This document shows positions 29,948-40,647 of a DNA stretch of 64,000 nt, one piece after another; the first letter of the stretch is position 1, and every line of letters starts with the position of its first letter. Location of the stretch: the IMG/VR virus record IMGVR_UViG_3300032268_001179. The stretch is one strand, 5' to 3'. A program made the position numbers and the translations under genes. A model generated the notes under the pieces. That model was given only the letters and a program-made list of their open reading frames with translations. It searched no databases and was not told where the DNA came from. Source of the stretch: an uncultured virus (IMG/VR IMGVR_UViG_3300032268_001179) (lineage: Duplodnaviria > Heunggongvirae > Uroviricota > Caudoviricetes).

Positions 29948-31009
29948 ATGAGAAATTTGATCAAACGAATATTATCCGAACAAATCGAAAAAAAGGAACT
30001 ACTTGTTGAAGCAGTACAAGATTGGTGTCAAGAATTCGCACAGTATGGAAAAATAAAACCACAATACCAATTTTGTAAAGCTGCCGACAAATTTATTAGG
30101 GACGAGTTGGAAGACGCTCCTGTCAAAGGTCGAGGTAAACCGAAAAAAAAGATATTTGTTGATTTTGAAAAAGGATTGGAAAAATTTTTCAAAACCAATA
30201 TGGATGACGAAACAGTCAGAAAAAATTTGATTCAGATTGAAACAACTTCACCAGTTTTTATTGAAGGAAAGAATGAAATCGATCAAGCTGCAGAATTACT
30301 CTCAGCAAACTGCCCTAATTTCAAAAAGGTTACCGATAAAAAGTTAGAGGAATTCGAAAATAGGGTTATATTATATTTTATGGATGAGAATGGTGGATAT
30401 AGTTTTGAAAATCGATTACCAACCAATTACTCAGCTTTAGCGGTTTTATTTACAAAATTTTTTCTTGAGAAAGGAGCTTTCGGTGATCAAAAATACAAAG
30501 TAGATGATTGGAATGCAATTGCAAAAAATTGGATTACCCATAGTTTTAATCCTTCCCATAAATTCATTGATATAAGATCGGAAGAAGACAAGTCCGACGT
30601 ATCTCAGACATTGAGTAGTTTAGATTTCCAAGAGTTAGCAAACATCTATTTCAAAGGAAGTAGAACATTCAATTCTCAAGGAATCAGAAATTCTGTTATG
30701 GAAGTTCTCAAAGGTGTCAGAGGTAAAGGTTTTGAAACTGAAGATGAATTCCAAAAGAAATATTTAGACGGAAAAAAAGAATTCTATAGATTCGCAAAAG
30801 ATTATGGATTCGTAGATATGTTTGGAGGTGTAGATTTTATTTACAAGTCCAATGATGGAATGTGGGTTCCAATACAAGTAAAAACAACTGCAATGGAACC
30901 AACTTATTTGATTTCGAGAATGGGATGTAAAACCTATATTATTGCGGACAAGAAAGGTAAAAAATTTGAAATGGCAGTATTTCCACGTCAGGAATTTTTA
31001 CCTGACTAA
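29948..31009 (+). CDS. hypothetical protein with C-terminal PD-(D/E)xK-like motif
   Basis: G..TE, GVDFI, IQVK. Confidence 0.55.
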   Translation: MRNLIKRILSEQIEKKELLVEAVQDWCQEFAQYGKIKPQYQFCKAADKFIRDELEDAPVKGRGKPKKKIFVDFEKGLEKFFKTNMDDETVRKNLIQIETTSPVFIEGKNEIDQAAELLSANCPNFKKVTDKKLEEFENRVILYFMDENGGYSFENRLPTNYSALAVLFTKFFLEKGAFGDQKYKVDDWNAIAKNWITHSFNPSHKFIDIRSEEDKSDVSQTLSSLDFQELANIYFKGSRTFNSQGIRNSVMEVLKGVRGKGFETEDEFQKKYLDGKKEFYRFAKDYGFVDMFGGVDFIYKSNDGMWVPIQVKTTAMEPTYLISRMGCKTYIIADKKGKKFEMAVFPRQEFLPD

Positions 31010-31029
31010 TTTTTTTGTATCTTTACCTT

Positions 31030-31242
31030 ATGAAAACATCGGGAAATACAAAGTGGGATATTACTTATGAGGACAATGAAACAATATCGGTATTCAAGTA
31101 CAATACTGACGTTTCAAAGAATGGTCCAGTGTCGGTTGAATTCAGATATAAAACTGGGTATAAACACCCCTCGGAACAAAAAAAGAAAACCATAGGGGAA
31201 TTGGCTAAGGAAGCAAGAAAAGAAACTAGAGTAAAAAAATAA
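31030..31242 (+). CDS. hypothetical protein
   Basis: ORF. Confidence 0.6.
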   Translation: MKTSGNTKWDITYEDNETISVFKYNTDVSKNGPVSVEFRYKTGYKHPSEQKKKTIGELAKEARKETRVKK

Positions 31243-31266
31243 AAAGATGGATTTCTCCATCTTTTT

Positions 31267-31683
31267 TTATGCGGTGAATTTTGTGATTCTTCTTTCACAG
31301 GTTTCGGTTAATCCACAACTTTTTAAGTAGTTGTTGATCAGACTCATCATATTCACTCGGCCAACAGGATTGGATGAGTGAACATAGATTTGAGGTAAAG
31401 GAATATTGGTTTTAACACTTTCATCTACCAAAAACTTGCAACAATCCATACCAGTTTTTTCTAATATGTTATCATAATTGAGAATATTATTAGGTTTGGC
31501 GTTTGCATAATATTCGGCAATTGCGCTTTCTCCCAAATCATGATCAAGTGACATCTCATCAATATTTCCTAATCCTAATTTTTGAACGGATTCTACAAAT
31601 TCTTCATAATTTCTTGCAACAACCCATTCATCATCTATTGGTGTCCTAACGTCATCCAAATAAATTTTATATTTTTTTTCCAT
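31267..31683 (-). CDS. cyclic-phosphate-processing receiver-domain protein
   Basis: YLDDVR, SLDHDLG, TG.D, HSSNPVG. Confidence 0.8.
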   Translation of the reverse strand: MEKKYKIYLDDVRTPIDDEWVVARNYEEFVESVQKLGLGNIDEMSLDHDLGESAIAEYYANAKPNNILNYDNILEKTGMDCCKFLVDESVKTNIPLPQIYVHSSNPVGRVNMMSLINNYLKSCGLTETCERRITKFTA

Positions 31684-31686
31684 AAG

Positions 31687-32367
31687 TCAAATATACGTAA
31701 TTTCTTTTGTTTCTGTATCAAACTCCACAATAATAGGTTTGTGTGCGTGTTCATATCTATCGTCAAGAACCGATGCATTTAGAAATTCAATACCTCCCAT
31801 TGACTTTTGACCGTAGCCACCATGAATGTGGCCACATACGTGAATCTTTGGTTTAACTTCCACAATTTTACGATATAATTCTTCACAACCGACACGGCCT
31901 CCGACTGGGGCGTAGTCCAAAATACCGTATGCTGGCCCGTGAGTAATTAGGATGTCGACATCATCGGGGATTTTTTCCCATTTTGCAGCCAATTTCTCTC
32001 CTCTTGGAAGATTGAACGCCCAATTATGAAATTCAGGTTGCCAAGGGCTACCATAAAATTTGATTCCATCAATGGTAATATCATTATCAAAAAGATAAGT
32101 TACCCCCAAATCTTTAAACTCTTGATCGATATCAGTTTGTTCTTCAAATCCAAAGTCGTGATTTCCTGCAATGAAAATTTTATGTTCAAAATCGGTCTTT
32201 GAAAACCATTTCAAAAACTCGTTGATTTCGTGTTTTTGCCCCATACTTGTAGAGTCACCCGCGTGCACGAGAATATCACCACTACCCAATATGTTTCCCA
32301 TCCCCTTACTTGTAAGGTGTTTGTGTTTGTTGTGAGTGTCAGAGATGAATGTTATTTTCTTTTTCAT
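31687..32367 (-). CDS. calcineurin-like metallophosphoesterase
   Basis: SDTH, HAGD, GNHD, THGP, GHIH. Confidence 0.9.
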   Translation of the reverse strand: MKKKITFISDTHNKHKHLTSKGMGNILGSGDILVHAGDSTSMGQKHEINEFLKWFSKTDFEHKIFIAGNHDFGFEEQTDIDQEFKDLGVTYLFDNDITIDGIKFYGSPWQPEFHNWAFNLPRGEKLAAKWEKIPDDVDILITHGPAYGILDYAPVGGRVGCEELYRKIVEVKPKIHVCGHIHGGYGQKSMGGIEFLNASVLDDRYEHAHKPIIVEFDTETKEITYI

Positions 32368-32496
32368 AATGATATCGCCAATTCCCATTTTAGCCAACCA
32401 ATAATTAGTTCCAAATCACCGTTAAGTTTTCTTGTATGGGTTATTTTTACAAATGGAAAAATATAAATTTGTCCGTATACTTCAAATATTTTCATA

Positions 32497-32997
32497 TCAA
32501 TCCCACCAATAACGAATGTTGTGTCCTATAAATTTCCATACTAATTGTTCGGATTTCTTTTGTTTTTCTTTTGATTTAAGCATAAGTTCACGTTTCAACA
32601 AATCAATCTCATCAACATTATCCCAATATTCATATTTGGATTTTATAAAAGATGTCCCATCACCCCTACCAGTATCCACAAACTCCCAATTAAATACATC
32701 ATTACCATATTTTTCTCTAATGGTATCCATCCATTCAAGCTCATAATCTCCATTATAAACTTTATCCATCAAACTAATTGCAGTTCGGATTCGTGAAGCG
32801 TTTTGTTTCGATCTGTCGGAGTTCAGTTTATCTGATTCAAATAATTTTGCTTGTCTTTCCAATTGTTTTTTGAAAAGTTCAATAGAATACATATAATCAA
32901 AATCAAATCCATTCCAAATAATCGGCAAAAAGTCGATTACTCGTTTGATTTGTTGATATTTTCTTCGGATAGGGTATGTGAAAGATTGCCAGTTCAT
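32497..32997 (-). CDS. hypothetical phage protein (..WWD end)
   Basis: ORF; start reassigned to MNWQ. Confidence 0.7.
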   Translation of the reverse strand: MNWQSFTYPIRRKYQQIKRVIDFLPIIWNGFDFDYMYSIELFKKQLERQAKLFESDKLNSDRSKQNASRIRTAISLMDKVYNGDYELEWMDTIREKYGNDVFNWEFVDTGRGDGTSFIKSKYEYWDNVDEIDLLKRELMLKSKEKQKKSEQLVWKFIGHNIRYWWD

Positions 32998-33149
32998 AAT
33001 AATTTTTAGGTTTAGACAAATATACGAAAAAAAGTAAGACCCACCAAATAAATTTGTGGGTCTTGTAAAAGGGATATATGAGAACACTCACTTTGTGAGC
33101 GATTGTATAAATAAATATGATGATTTGTAAAAAAGTCCATACCGTACTA

Positions 33150-33404
33150 TCAACAGAACAAATTTTTTACATTTTGAGAATCATATCTTGAATTTTTATT
33201 TCTGAATAGGCTCCAAAATTGGTATCTCAAATATTTGATAACCTCTTTGTCTGAATCCGTGAGTTTATCATTGACGTGTTTGGATTCCCAAAGGTTAAAA
33301 CACTTCATTGTTGCGTTCAAATGCTCTTTGCTTTGAGAAGATTTAAGTACTCTAAGTACCCACTTGAAATCTGAGATTGCGGAGGAAATGTTCATTGTCG
33401 TCAT
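33150..33404 (-). CDS. hypothetical protein
   Basis: ORF. Confidence 0.6.
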   Translation of the reverse strand: MTTMNISSAISDFKWVLRVLKSSQSKEHLNATMKCFNLWESKHVNDKLTDSDKEVIKYLRYQFWSLFRNKNSRYDSQNVKNLFC

Positions 33405-33496
33405 GTTTAGTTTTGTTTAACGAAGATACAATAAAAATTTACTCCGACAAAATTATCGGAGTAAATAATTATTTTTTTTGTTTATCGTAATACGAC

Positions 33497-34324
33497 TTAT
33501 TTCAAAAGAGCGAAATACTCTTTGAAATGTTTGATTCTATCAGGTAATCCGATTGTACCACCATTAACTCTTTTGGTTACTGCTGTTACTGTAGCGTCAT
33601 CTGCTCCTTTGTCACAAATTGTCCACAATTTATTTGAATCAAAGAAGAATGCTGCAGACGCCAAAGGATATTTTGTTGCAACTAAATCTGGATTAGACAC
33701 AGTATCTTCACCGATAAATTTAGCAAATTTTGTATAGTTGTCTTTACCAGTCAATTGGATATATCCACGACCTCTAAACTTGAAACCTTCTTTTGTTGTT
33801 TCATCTCCATTACCCATTCTACTTCCATAAACTTTGGATGCGATTTTTTCAGGATTTTTAGCGTAACCTTCTGCCAAGTTTCCAGGGAAATATTTTGGAA
33901 ATATTTTTTTCAAACCATCCGCAGAATAATTTAGATTTTCTTGAATCGCTTTGAATCCTGCCGACTCGTGTCCACACTGAGCTAAAAAGTGTGCCAATCT
34001 AAGTGGATTTGTAATGTTGAATTTCTTTGCTGCGTCAGGTATCTGAGCAATAACGGCATCAGGGATGTGACCCTTCAGGTTCTCCAACTTCAAAGGACCT
34101 GCATTAACAATCGGAGTTGATGGTTCGGTGATAAGTTGTTTAGTTCCAAACATCTTTGTCCAAGTTCCTTCACCGACAATACCGTCAGCGGTTAATCCAT
34201 TAGATGCTTGCCATTTTTTAACCGCAGCATCTGTTCCAGGACCGAATACACCATCGGCTCCCAAACCTAATTTTGCTTGGAGTTTTTTTACGTCTTCTCC
34301 TTTAGACCCAACTTTTAGTATCAT
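33497..34324 (-). CDS. endolysin: PG-binding domain + GH19 chitinase-like
   Basis: ADGVFGPGT; FLAQCGHES, ENLNYS, RGRGYIQLTG, VNGG..G..DR. Confidence 0.9.
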   Translation of the reverse strand: MILKVGSKGEDVKKLQAKLGLGADGVFGPGTDAAVKKWQASNGLTADGIVGEGTWTKMFGTKQLITEPSTPIVNAGPLKLENLKGHIPDAVIAQIPDAAKKFNITNPLRLAHFLAQCGHESAGFKAIQENLNYSADGLKKIFPKYFPGNLAEGYAKNPEKIASKVYGSRMGNGDETTKEGFKFRGRGYIQLTGKDNYTKFAKFIGEDTVSNPDLVATKYPLASAAFFFDSNKLWTICDKGADDATVTAVTKRVNGGTIGLPDRIKHFKEYFALLK

Positions 34325-34446
34325 AGTAATTTATTTTATATCAATAAATATTATCTAAACCCGATAAGATATTCACTTTAACACAAACTAAAAATTTAGG
34401 ACAAAATTAAATTTCGTGATATTTATGGATACCAAGATACTATTGA

Positions 34447-34941
34447 ATGAAAATATTAACCCTGTTTATGGCGGGTATTATGCTATACATAATGCCCCAT
34501 ATCACCACAAATCTTACTGATGAAATATGGGTTGAATCTGTTGTAAACAAGATTCAAGTGGGAAATCTCGCAGGAAATCGAAACTTAGAATTCGGTTTGA
34601 GAAACATCACAGAGGAATTTTTACAAGAAAAAAATTTCGATCTAAACCCTGACTCCAAACAAAAATTATCTATTGAAATTGTCTACTTGGACGTATTAAA
34701 AACCAAGACGAATGTCTCTGTATTTCACAAAGACAGTGAATCTGTTGTAATACGTCTTAGAGGAGTTTTGAAGGTTGATGGGAAAAAAATCAAAGAGGTC
34801 ATTGTCGAAGAAGAATCATCTGAAATTTCTATGTCAACATTGATTGTGGACAACGGAGGGAATTTCAATCAACAATCTTTGAGTAATGCGTTGAAGAAGG
34901 CTAGTGATAACTTGGTAACTAAACTATTTGAAACAAATTAA
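34447..34941 (+). CDS. secreted hypothetical protein (envelope lipoprotein/CsgG-like alpha-beta fold possible)
   Basis: N-terminal hydrophobic segment; first gene of a secreted-protein cluster. Confidence 0.6.
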   Translation: MKILTLFMAGIMLYIMPHITTNLTDEIWVESVVNKIQVGNLAGNRNLEFGLRNITEEFLQEKNFDLNPDSKQKLSIEIVYLDVLKTKTNVSVFHKDSESVVIRLRGVLKVDGKKIKEVIVEEESSEISMSTLIVDNGGNFNQQSLSNALKKASDNLVTKLFETN

Positions 34942-37047
34942 ATGAAAAATTTATTACTAATATCTTTTTTTCTAATCTCGTTCACTTCATTTGGACAAAT
35001 TAAGTTTAAGTTCCCCGACACAAGAGTTTTAACAGATATAAGCGGGGGAGTTATTGATAGGGGAGACCAATTTGATGTTATGGTTCACGCAAATGGTAAT
35101 GGTGATGCTGTAACAAGACAATTAATGTTTGACTTTCAATACGACCAAGCAAACTTTGAGATTGTTTCGGTTAATCATACGGGTACTGGAGGAAATGGAG
35201 GAGTACTCCCTGTAGGTTCAAATATACAACTATCTTGGCAAAACTATCCAGGATATACCTACGCAGGAAATAGCACTTTTACGAACGGTACACAAAGATA
35301 TGTTTCCAACGCAACTTATACATATAATGCTAATGGGTCTAACGCAATTCTTAGAGCGACCATGACTTGGGCAACAACTTCGGCGATGCCCTTTAACGAT
35401 TATTCTCAAATAGTAATTGTAAGATTTAGACTAAAAGCAGCATCTACAGCAAATTCATTTAATCCGACTAAATTAAACTTTGTTGCTGGATGGAATGGTC
35501 AAGGATCTGGTGTTGCAACCTTTATGGATACACCATTATCAACTGAGGTTATTATGAACCAAAATACAGGTAAATTGATAACTGCAAAAGTTGACGCAAA
35601 TACGAATTTACTAAATTTAACTAGTTTAAGGGTTTCATTCAGAGATACTTTAACAAATACCAATCAAAACTTTAATGTTTTATCAAACGGTAATGTGGAT
35701 ATAAACCAATCCTTATTATCTGAAAATAAAGTATATGAGGTTTCGGTAATGCATGAGACGGACAAACTAAATAACATTTATAATAACGCAATAACAATTT
35801 CCGACTTTACATCGGCACAAGGAGAATTTGTGACAATGGGATTAGATGGAAGTAAAGGACAAACAATCAATTCAGGACAATCCCTATATGCCGCTGACAT
35901 CAATAGAAATAAATCGATTGATGGAGGAGATTTACCAAAGTTGTTATCACAAGTCGTAGGTATTGATGCTTTAGTCACCGTACCAAATGGATATACACAA
36001 GGTAGTGGTGGTTATATGAGTCTACCAACATGGATGTCGACCGATGCAACAACTATCGCTGGTCAAGTTGAGTGGGCGATAATTACACCAAATCATTATT
36101 CTCAAAATGTGTCCAGAATATTGGTTGATATGAGAGAATTCGATGCGACTAATACACCTGAAAAAATAAAGTCACTCCAATTATTTGATTTGTATGTTGG
36201 ACCTGTAGAATTTGTTTCGAAGGACGGAACTTGGGCGACATTTAGAATACCATCTGGTATATCTTCAATAGGAACGTCAACTTACACCCCATACATAAGA
36301 AATATCAATGGAGGCCCTGACTTTGGGTTAAGGGCGGAATTTACATTTAATGACTCACCATCAAATTCTTGGGGAGCAATAACAACAACTAATTGGAATT
36401 CTTTCGATTTCCCTAAAACTTATATTAAAACAGGGACAATAGGAACTAACACGGTTGTAGACCTGAAATATCTTTTGTGGGGAGATGTGAATCGTTCTCA
36501 CTCATCACAAGTTGTTGTTAGTAATAATGGAGTTGCATCTGTAGTGAGTAGAGCTTCAAGTAGTTTGAAGTCTAACACATCGTTTAGAACCATGTCTACT
36601 GAGTCATTTATCAATACTCCGAATACTGTACCATCGATTGATGTTAATCTATCAAATGTAACTGTAACATCTAATAATATAGAAATTCCAGTTAATGTCA
36701 CAACAAATGGAAATTTAGTGACGGGATTACAATTTCAATTTGATTACGACCCAACCAAAATCAAATTTGAAGAATTATCACCTAACGTACCAAATACATG
36801 GTATTTGTTTGTGAATTCAGTGGATGGAAAAATTAAATTTGGAGCAATAGACCAAGGTGAAAAAACTCCATTAAACGGAAACGTAGTTCCATTTAAGTTG
36901 AAATTTTCGACTATAGGTAGTGGAGTTGATATTCTAACTTCGGTTAAAGTCTCTTCAACTATGGACGCAAGTGCCGTGAAGGGGTCTCAATTGGGTATAA
37001 ATTTGAACACAACCCAAATAAAATTAACAGGATATAACAATTTCTAA
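34942..37047 (+). CDS. large secreted protein with cohesin-like domains and a dockerin/EF-hand-like motif
   Basis: signal peptide; GLQFQFDYDPTKIKF; ADINRNKSIDGGDL; GDVNRS. Confidence 0.7.
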   Translation: MKNLLLISFFLISFTSFGQIKFKFPDTRVLTDISGGVIDRGDQFDVMVHANGNGDAVTRQLMFDFQYDQANFEIVSVNHTGTGGNGGVLPVGSNIQLSWQNYPGYTYAGNSTFTNGTQRYVSNATYTYNANGSNAILRATMTWATTSAMPFNDYSQIVIVRFRLKAASTANSFNPTKLNFVAGWNGQGSGVATFMDTPLSTEVIMNQNTGKLITAKVDANTNLLNLTSLRVSFRDTLTNTNQNFNVLSNGNVDINQSLLSENKVYEVSVMHETDKLNNIYNNAITISDFTSAQGEFVTMGLDGSKGQTINSGQSLYAADINRNKSIDGGDLPKLLSQVVGIDALVTVPNGYTQGSGGYMSLPTWMSTDATTIAGQVEWAIITPNHYSQNVSRILVDMREFDATNTPEKIKSLQLFDLYVGPVEFVSKDGTWATFRIPSGISSIGTSTYTPYIRNINGGPDFGLRAEFTFNDSPSNSWGAITTTNWNSFDFPKTYIKTGTIGTNTVVDLKYLLWGDVNRSHSSQVVVSNNGVASVVSRASSSLKSNTSFRTMSTESFINTPNTVPSIDVNLSNVTVTSNNIEIPVNVTTNGNLVTGLQFQFDYDPTKIKFEELSPNVPNTWYLFVNSVDGKIKFGAIDQGEKTPLNGNVVPFKLKFSTIGSGVDILTSVKVSSTMDASAVKGSQLGINLNTTQIKLTGYNNF

Positions 37048-37048
37048 G

Positions 37049-37405
37049 ATGAAAAAAATATTAATTATACTCGGATGTCTTTTATTACAGGGATGTATGA
37101 ACCCATACGATGATGAATTACAAGTAATCAATTTAGGTGTTGAGTCAAATACCACCAGTATAAAATCTGTTTTCCAAAATGATAATGTAGTAATTATTGA
37201 ATTTGAAACGACTATTGGTGCAAAATACTCAATACAAATAATCCCATTTGGTCAAGAAACACCAATTAAAAAGGAGGGATTTACTGCAACTAATAACACA
37301 ACACAAAGAGTGTTTGACTTATCAAAAGAATCTGCGGGGTATTATGACATAATCTTCATAGACATCTCAGGTAACGAAGTAAAATATCCAATAATAATAA
37401 AATAA
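37049..37405 (+). CDS. lipoprotein
   Basis: lipobox LQGC. Confidence 0.7.
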   Translation: MKKILIILGCLLLQGCMNPYDDELQVINLGVESNTTSIKSVFQNDNVVIIEFETTIGAKYSIQIIPFGQETPIKKEGFTATNNTTQRVFDLSKESAGYYDIIFIDISGNEVKYPIIIK

Positions 37406-37425
37406 ACCAACTAAACTAAAATAAT

Positions 37426-37752
37426 ATGAGTGAAGAAACAGAAGACCACAATGATGGAACATGGACAGGGTTAAAGAAAACAATCATCGGATTGTTGACT
37501 ACTGCTGTGTTAGGAGCTGGTGGTGTTATGACAAGTAAATTCATCGGTGGAGATGAAGAAGCTGCAGCAACACCTGTTCAACAACAAACACCAATTATCA
37601 TCAACAATAACAACCAACAGCAACAATCTGGTGGTAAAGAAACTGTGATTATCAGAGAAAAATCAAGTCAACCATCATCACAACCTGCCGCGGCAGATAA
37701 ACCTAAGAAAAAAGAAGGAGACGAGTTCAAAGAAACCGCTCCAAAATGGTAA
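37426..37752 (+). CDS. membrane protein
   Basis: single TM segment; low-complexity tail. Confidence 0.7.
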   Translation: MSEETEDHNDGTWTGLKKTIIGLLTTAVLGAGGVMTSKFIGGDEEAAATPVQQQTPIIINNNNQQQQSGGKETVIIREKSSQPSSQPAAADKPKKKEGDEFKETAPKW

Positions 37753-37943
37753 TATGGAACAATTTTTAAGTTTTATGGTATTCCTGTCATTGTTGATGGT
37801 TGCCATGTTTGTATTTTATTCACCATCATTGTATTTGTTAGTCTTCTTCGGAGGTGCGACTTACTTGATGTTGAGAGGTAAGAAAAAAGGTTGGGCTTGG
37901 CCAAAGAGACCTTAATAAACATATAATACAATTGAGGTTTAAT

Positions 37944-38666
37944 ATGAAAAAATTTATATTATCGTCGATATTTGCACTAATAGTACAAATATCGGCGTTT
38001 TCTCAAACTGTGGGAAGCACAAAGACTGAGCAATACAAGGCTTCATTCGAAACCGCAATTGACATAAGTCAATTTATGGATTATGAAGGAAAACAGATTC
38101 CAATTCAAATCCTAAAGGCAGGTATTTCAGATGAAATGTATGAGATGTATCCTGAACTCAAAGAAAAAAGAGTTGGATTAGGTGTTGCGAACATTTCAAT
38201 GGAATATCTTGAGAATCTAACCAGATTCAAATTTACTGAAGATAAGACGGAAATTAAAAACCGAATGGTGAAACAATTTCAAGCATCTCAGGCGGGAATT
38301 TCTGAAAACCAATTGGATGGTTTCGGTAAAATCAATTTGGCGGAATATTTTGTAACCATTGAATGTTATGATTACTCCATTTCAGAAGACGAAACTGTAA
38401 ATCTGAAAGATGGTGTGAAAAATATGATGGTTACCCGTATTGGTCTACAAGTTAGATTTACAAATGCGGAAACAGGTGTTGTATTCGGAGCATCAGGACT
38501 TGGAGAAGCAGTTACAACAAGAGAATTAACACTTCTATCAGACGCAACAGTCGATCCAGTTAAGTTTAATCAATCTACAATATCTATCGCAACAAAAAAA
38601 GCACTTGACATTGCTTGTGCAAGAATTTTAGATAGAATGATTAAAAAAGGAATATTCACAGAATAA
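37944..38666 (+). CDS. CsgG/HfaB-like secreted protein
   Basis: signal peptide; L..L.RF..TE, LQVRFTNAETG.V..ASG.G, ATKKAL pattern. Confidence 0.65.
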   Translation: MKKFILSSIFALIVQISAFSQTVGSTKTEQYKASFETAIDISQFMDYEGKQIPIQILKAGISDEMYEMYPELKEKRVGLGVANISMEYLENLTRFKFTEDKTEIKNRMVKQFQASQAGISENQLDGFGKINLAEYFVTIECYDYSISEDETVNLKDGVKNMMVTRIGLQVRFTNAETGVVFGASGLGEAVTTRELTLLSDATVDPVKFNQSTISIATKKALDIACARILDRMIKKGIFTE

Positions 38667-38688
38667 AATATTTCAAAACCGATGATAC

Positions 38689-40002
38689 TTGAAAAGTTTG
38701 AAAATATTTTTGATGTTATTATTCATGGTATTAGTTTACCACGAATCACAGGGGCAAGTTGTTACACAAACATACATTGACCCCTGTGATTCAAAAACTT
38801 ATGTTGTATCTATACCCATACAATCTAACAACGGTGTATTAGTTGTAGTCAGAAACAAATCCAAAATATTCAATTATCAACAATTCACCTCAGGAGAAGT
38901 AACCATTTGGATTAACGGAATTTTTTCAACTCCATGTCCCGCAAATGCGGTAGTAACCCAAACTGTCACACAAACTGTATCACAAGCCGCCGCCAACGCA
39001 GCCTCATCTGCAGCATCTTCCGCAGCTTCATCCGCGGCATCTTCATCAGCCTCCTCAACTGCCGCGTCTTCGGCAAGTAGTTCCACTCCTACATCCTCAT
39101 CATCTTCTTCTTCATCTAGTTCGTCTAGTTCATCATCTCAATCTTCTTCAGGAGAGTCTTCGTCATCTTCGAGTAGTAGTGAATCAGGATCGAGTGAGTC
39201 AAGCTCAAGTGAATCAAGTTCTGAGAGTGGGTCTGAAGAAGGCGGCTCAGATGGTGGAGATTCGGGTGAAAGTGATGATGATAATTCGGATGGTAAAGGG
39301 AAAGGTGATAAAAAGAAAGTCGGACCAGTAAACCCAATGTTGGTTTCCTCAGACCTAACAACCGCACAGGGCCCCGATTTGAAATACAGTGCTATTGCTT
39401 CCTTTGGTGTTAGTCAATCGTCATTAGCAGGGAATGAAACTTGGGGTGCAAACGCCATGATTTGGAGTACATTAGACCAATTTGCTTTGGGTGGAGGATA
39501 TACAAAAATGAATTTTCAACAAGGTAAATTAAGTCAAATCCACTCTTACTCATTTACCGCAGCTTACTTAGATGGGACTTATATGGGATTACTTGGGTAC
39601 ACGAATATTAAACCAAGTGAAAAATATGGGACATACGGATATAACGTTGGTTTAATAACTTTATTGTTAAAAGATACTGAAGTTAATACTGAAACAAGAA
39701 CAATTAAAAGAGTATTCAACGTATCTCTTGCGACCTCAGCGGTTGTATTTTGGACAAAACCATATGTCGTAAATACCAAACTTACATTATCTCCTCAAGT
39801 ATTCTTAATGAACTCACCAATTTCATATAACCCCAAAACAGGTGAGTCAACGGTGAATAGACAATTTTCTTTCTTAGTGGGATCATCATTTGACTATAAA
39901 ATAAGTAAACGATTCGGATTAAGCCTAAACTACCGAGCATTGGGGGCATCAGGTTCCCCAATACTTAGTAATTTCTTGATTGGATCAAGATTAATGTTAT
40001 AA
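38689..40002 (+). CDS. secreted protein: Ser-rich linker + putative outer-membrane beta-barrel
   Basis: signal peptide; poly-Ser; alternating beta-strand C-terminus. Confidence 0.65.
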   Translation: MKSLKIFLMLLFMVLVYHESQGQVVTQTYIDPCDSKTYVVSIPIQSNNGVLVVVRNKSKIFNYQQFTSGEVTIWINGIFSTPCPANAVVTQTVTQTVSQAAANAASSAASSAASSAASSSASSTAASSASSSTPTSSSSSSSSSSSSSSSQSSSGESSSSSSSSESGSSESSSSESSSESGSEEGGSDGGDSGESDDDNSDGKGKGDKKKVGPVNPMLVSSDLTTAQGPDLKYSAIASFGVSQSSLAGNETWGANAMIWSTLDQFALGGGYTKMNFQQGKLSQIHSYSFTAAYLDGTYMGLLGYTNIKPSEKYGTYGYNVGLITLLLKDTEVNTETRTIKRVFNVSLATSAVVFWTKPYVVNTKLTLSPQVFLMNSPISYNPKTGESTVNRQFSFLVGSSFDYKISKRFGLSLNYRALGASGSPILSNFLIGSRLML

Positions 40003-40006
40003 CGAT

Positions 40007-40624
40007 ATGAAAAAGATATTTGACATCAGACACATAGTGATACTCCTAATGGTGGGTATAGTAATATTCTTACAATTTTTTGTTCCTCCACAAATTGAAA
40101 TAGAAGAAAAATTGGTTTATGATACAATACCTCAGGAAGTTATTTATGAGGTTGAAGTGGAGGTTCCATATGAAGTTGAAGTGGAGAAAATCGTTGAGGT
40201 CCCAGCCCCGACACCACTTGTTGATACTGCATTCATCTTAAAAAATTTTTTTATAAAAAATTTTGTTCAAGATACAATAACGTTGAATAATAATCAGGGG
40301 GTTATATATTTGTTTGACTCCATTTCACAAAATAAAGTTGTTTCAAGAAAGTTTACGGCAAATGTAAAACCCAAGATAGTTAGGGAACCAGCACCTGAAC
40401 CTCCAAAAGTAAGGAATCAAGTTTATGTGGGATTGAACGGAGCCTTGAGTCATCAGGATTGGGTTAACTCACTTGGAACAAGTGTATTGTTGAAAACAAA
40501 AGATGACAAAATATTCCAATTGGGAGGTGGTGTTGCAAATAGAACTTTCGATGGAGTTACAGGAAAATTCACACCTTACATAATGGGTGGAGCATATTGG
40601 AAAATAAGAATTAGAAAGGATTAA
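40007..40624 (+). CDS. membrane-anchored protein (spanin-like or envelope)
   Basis: N-terminal TM; EV repeats; beta-rich C-terminus. Confidence 0.6.
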   Translation: MKKIFDIRHIVILLMVGIVIFLQFFVPPQIEIEEKLVYDTIPQEVIYEVEVEVPYEVEVEKIVEVPAPTPLVDTAFILKNFFIKNFVQDTITLNNNQGVIYLFDSISQNKVVSRKFTANVKPKIVREPAPEPPKVRNQVYVGLNGALSHQDWVNSLGTSVLLKTKDDKIFQLGGGVANRTFDGVTGKFTPYIMGGAYWKIRIRKD

Positions 40625-40647
40625 AGTATTTATAATTAAAATATCAT

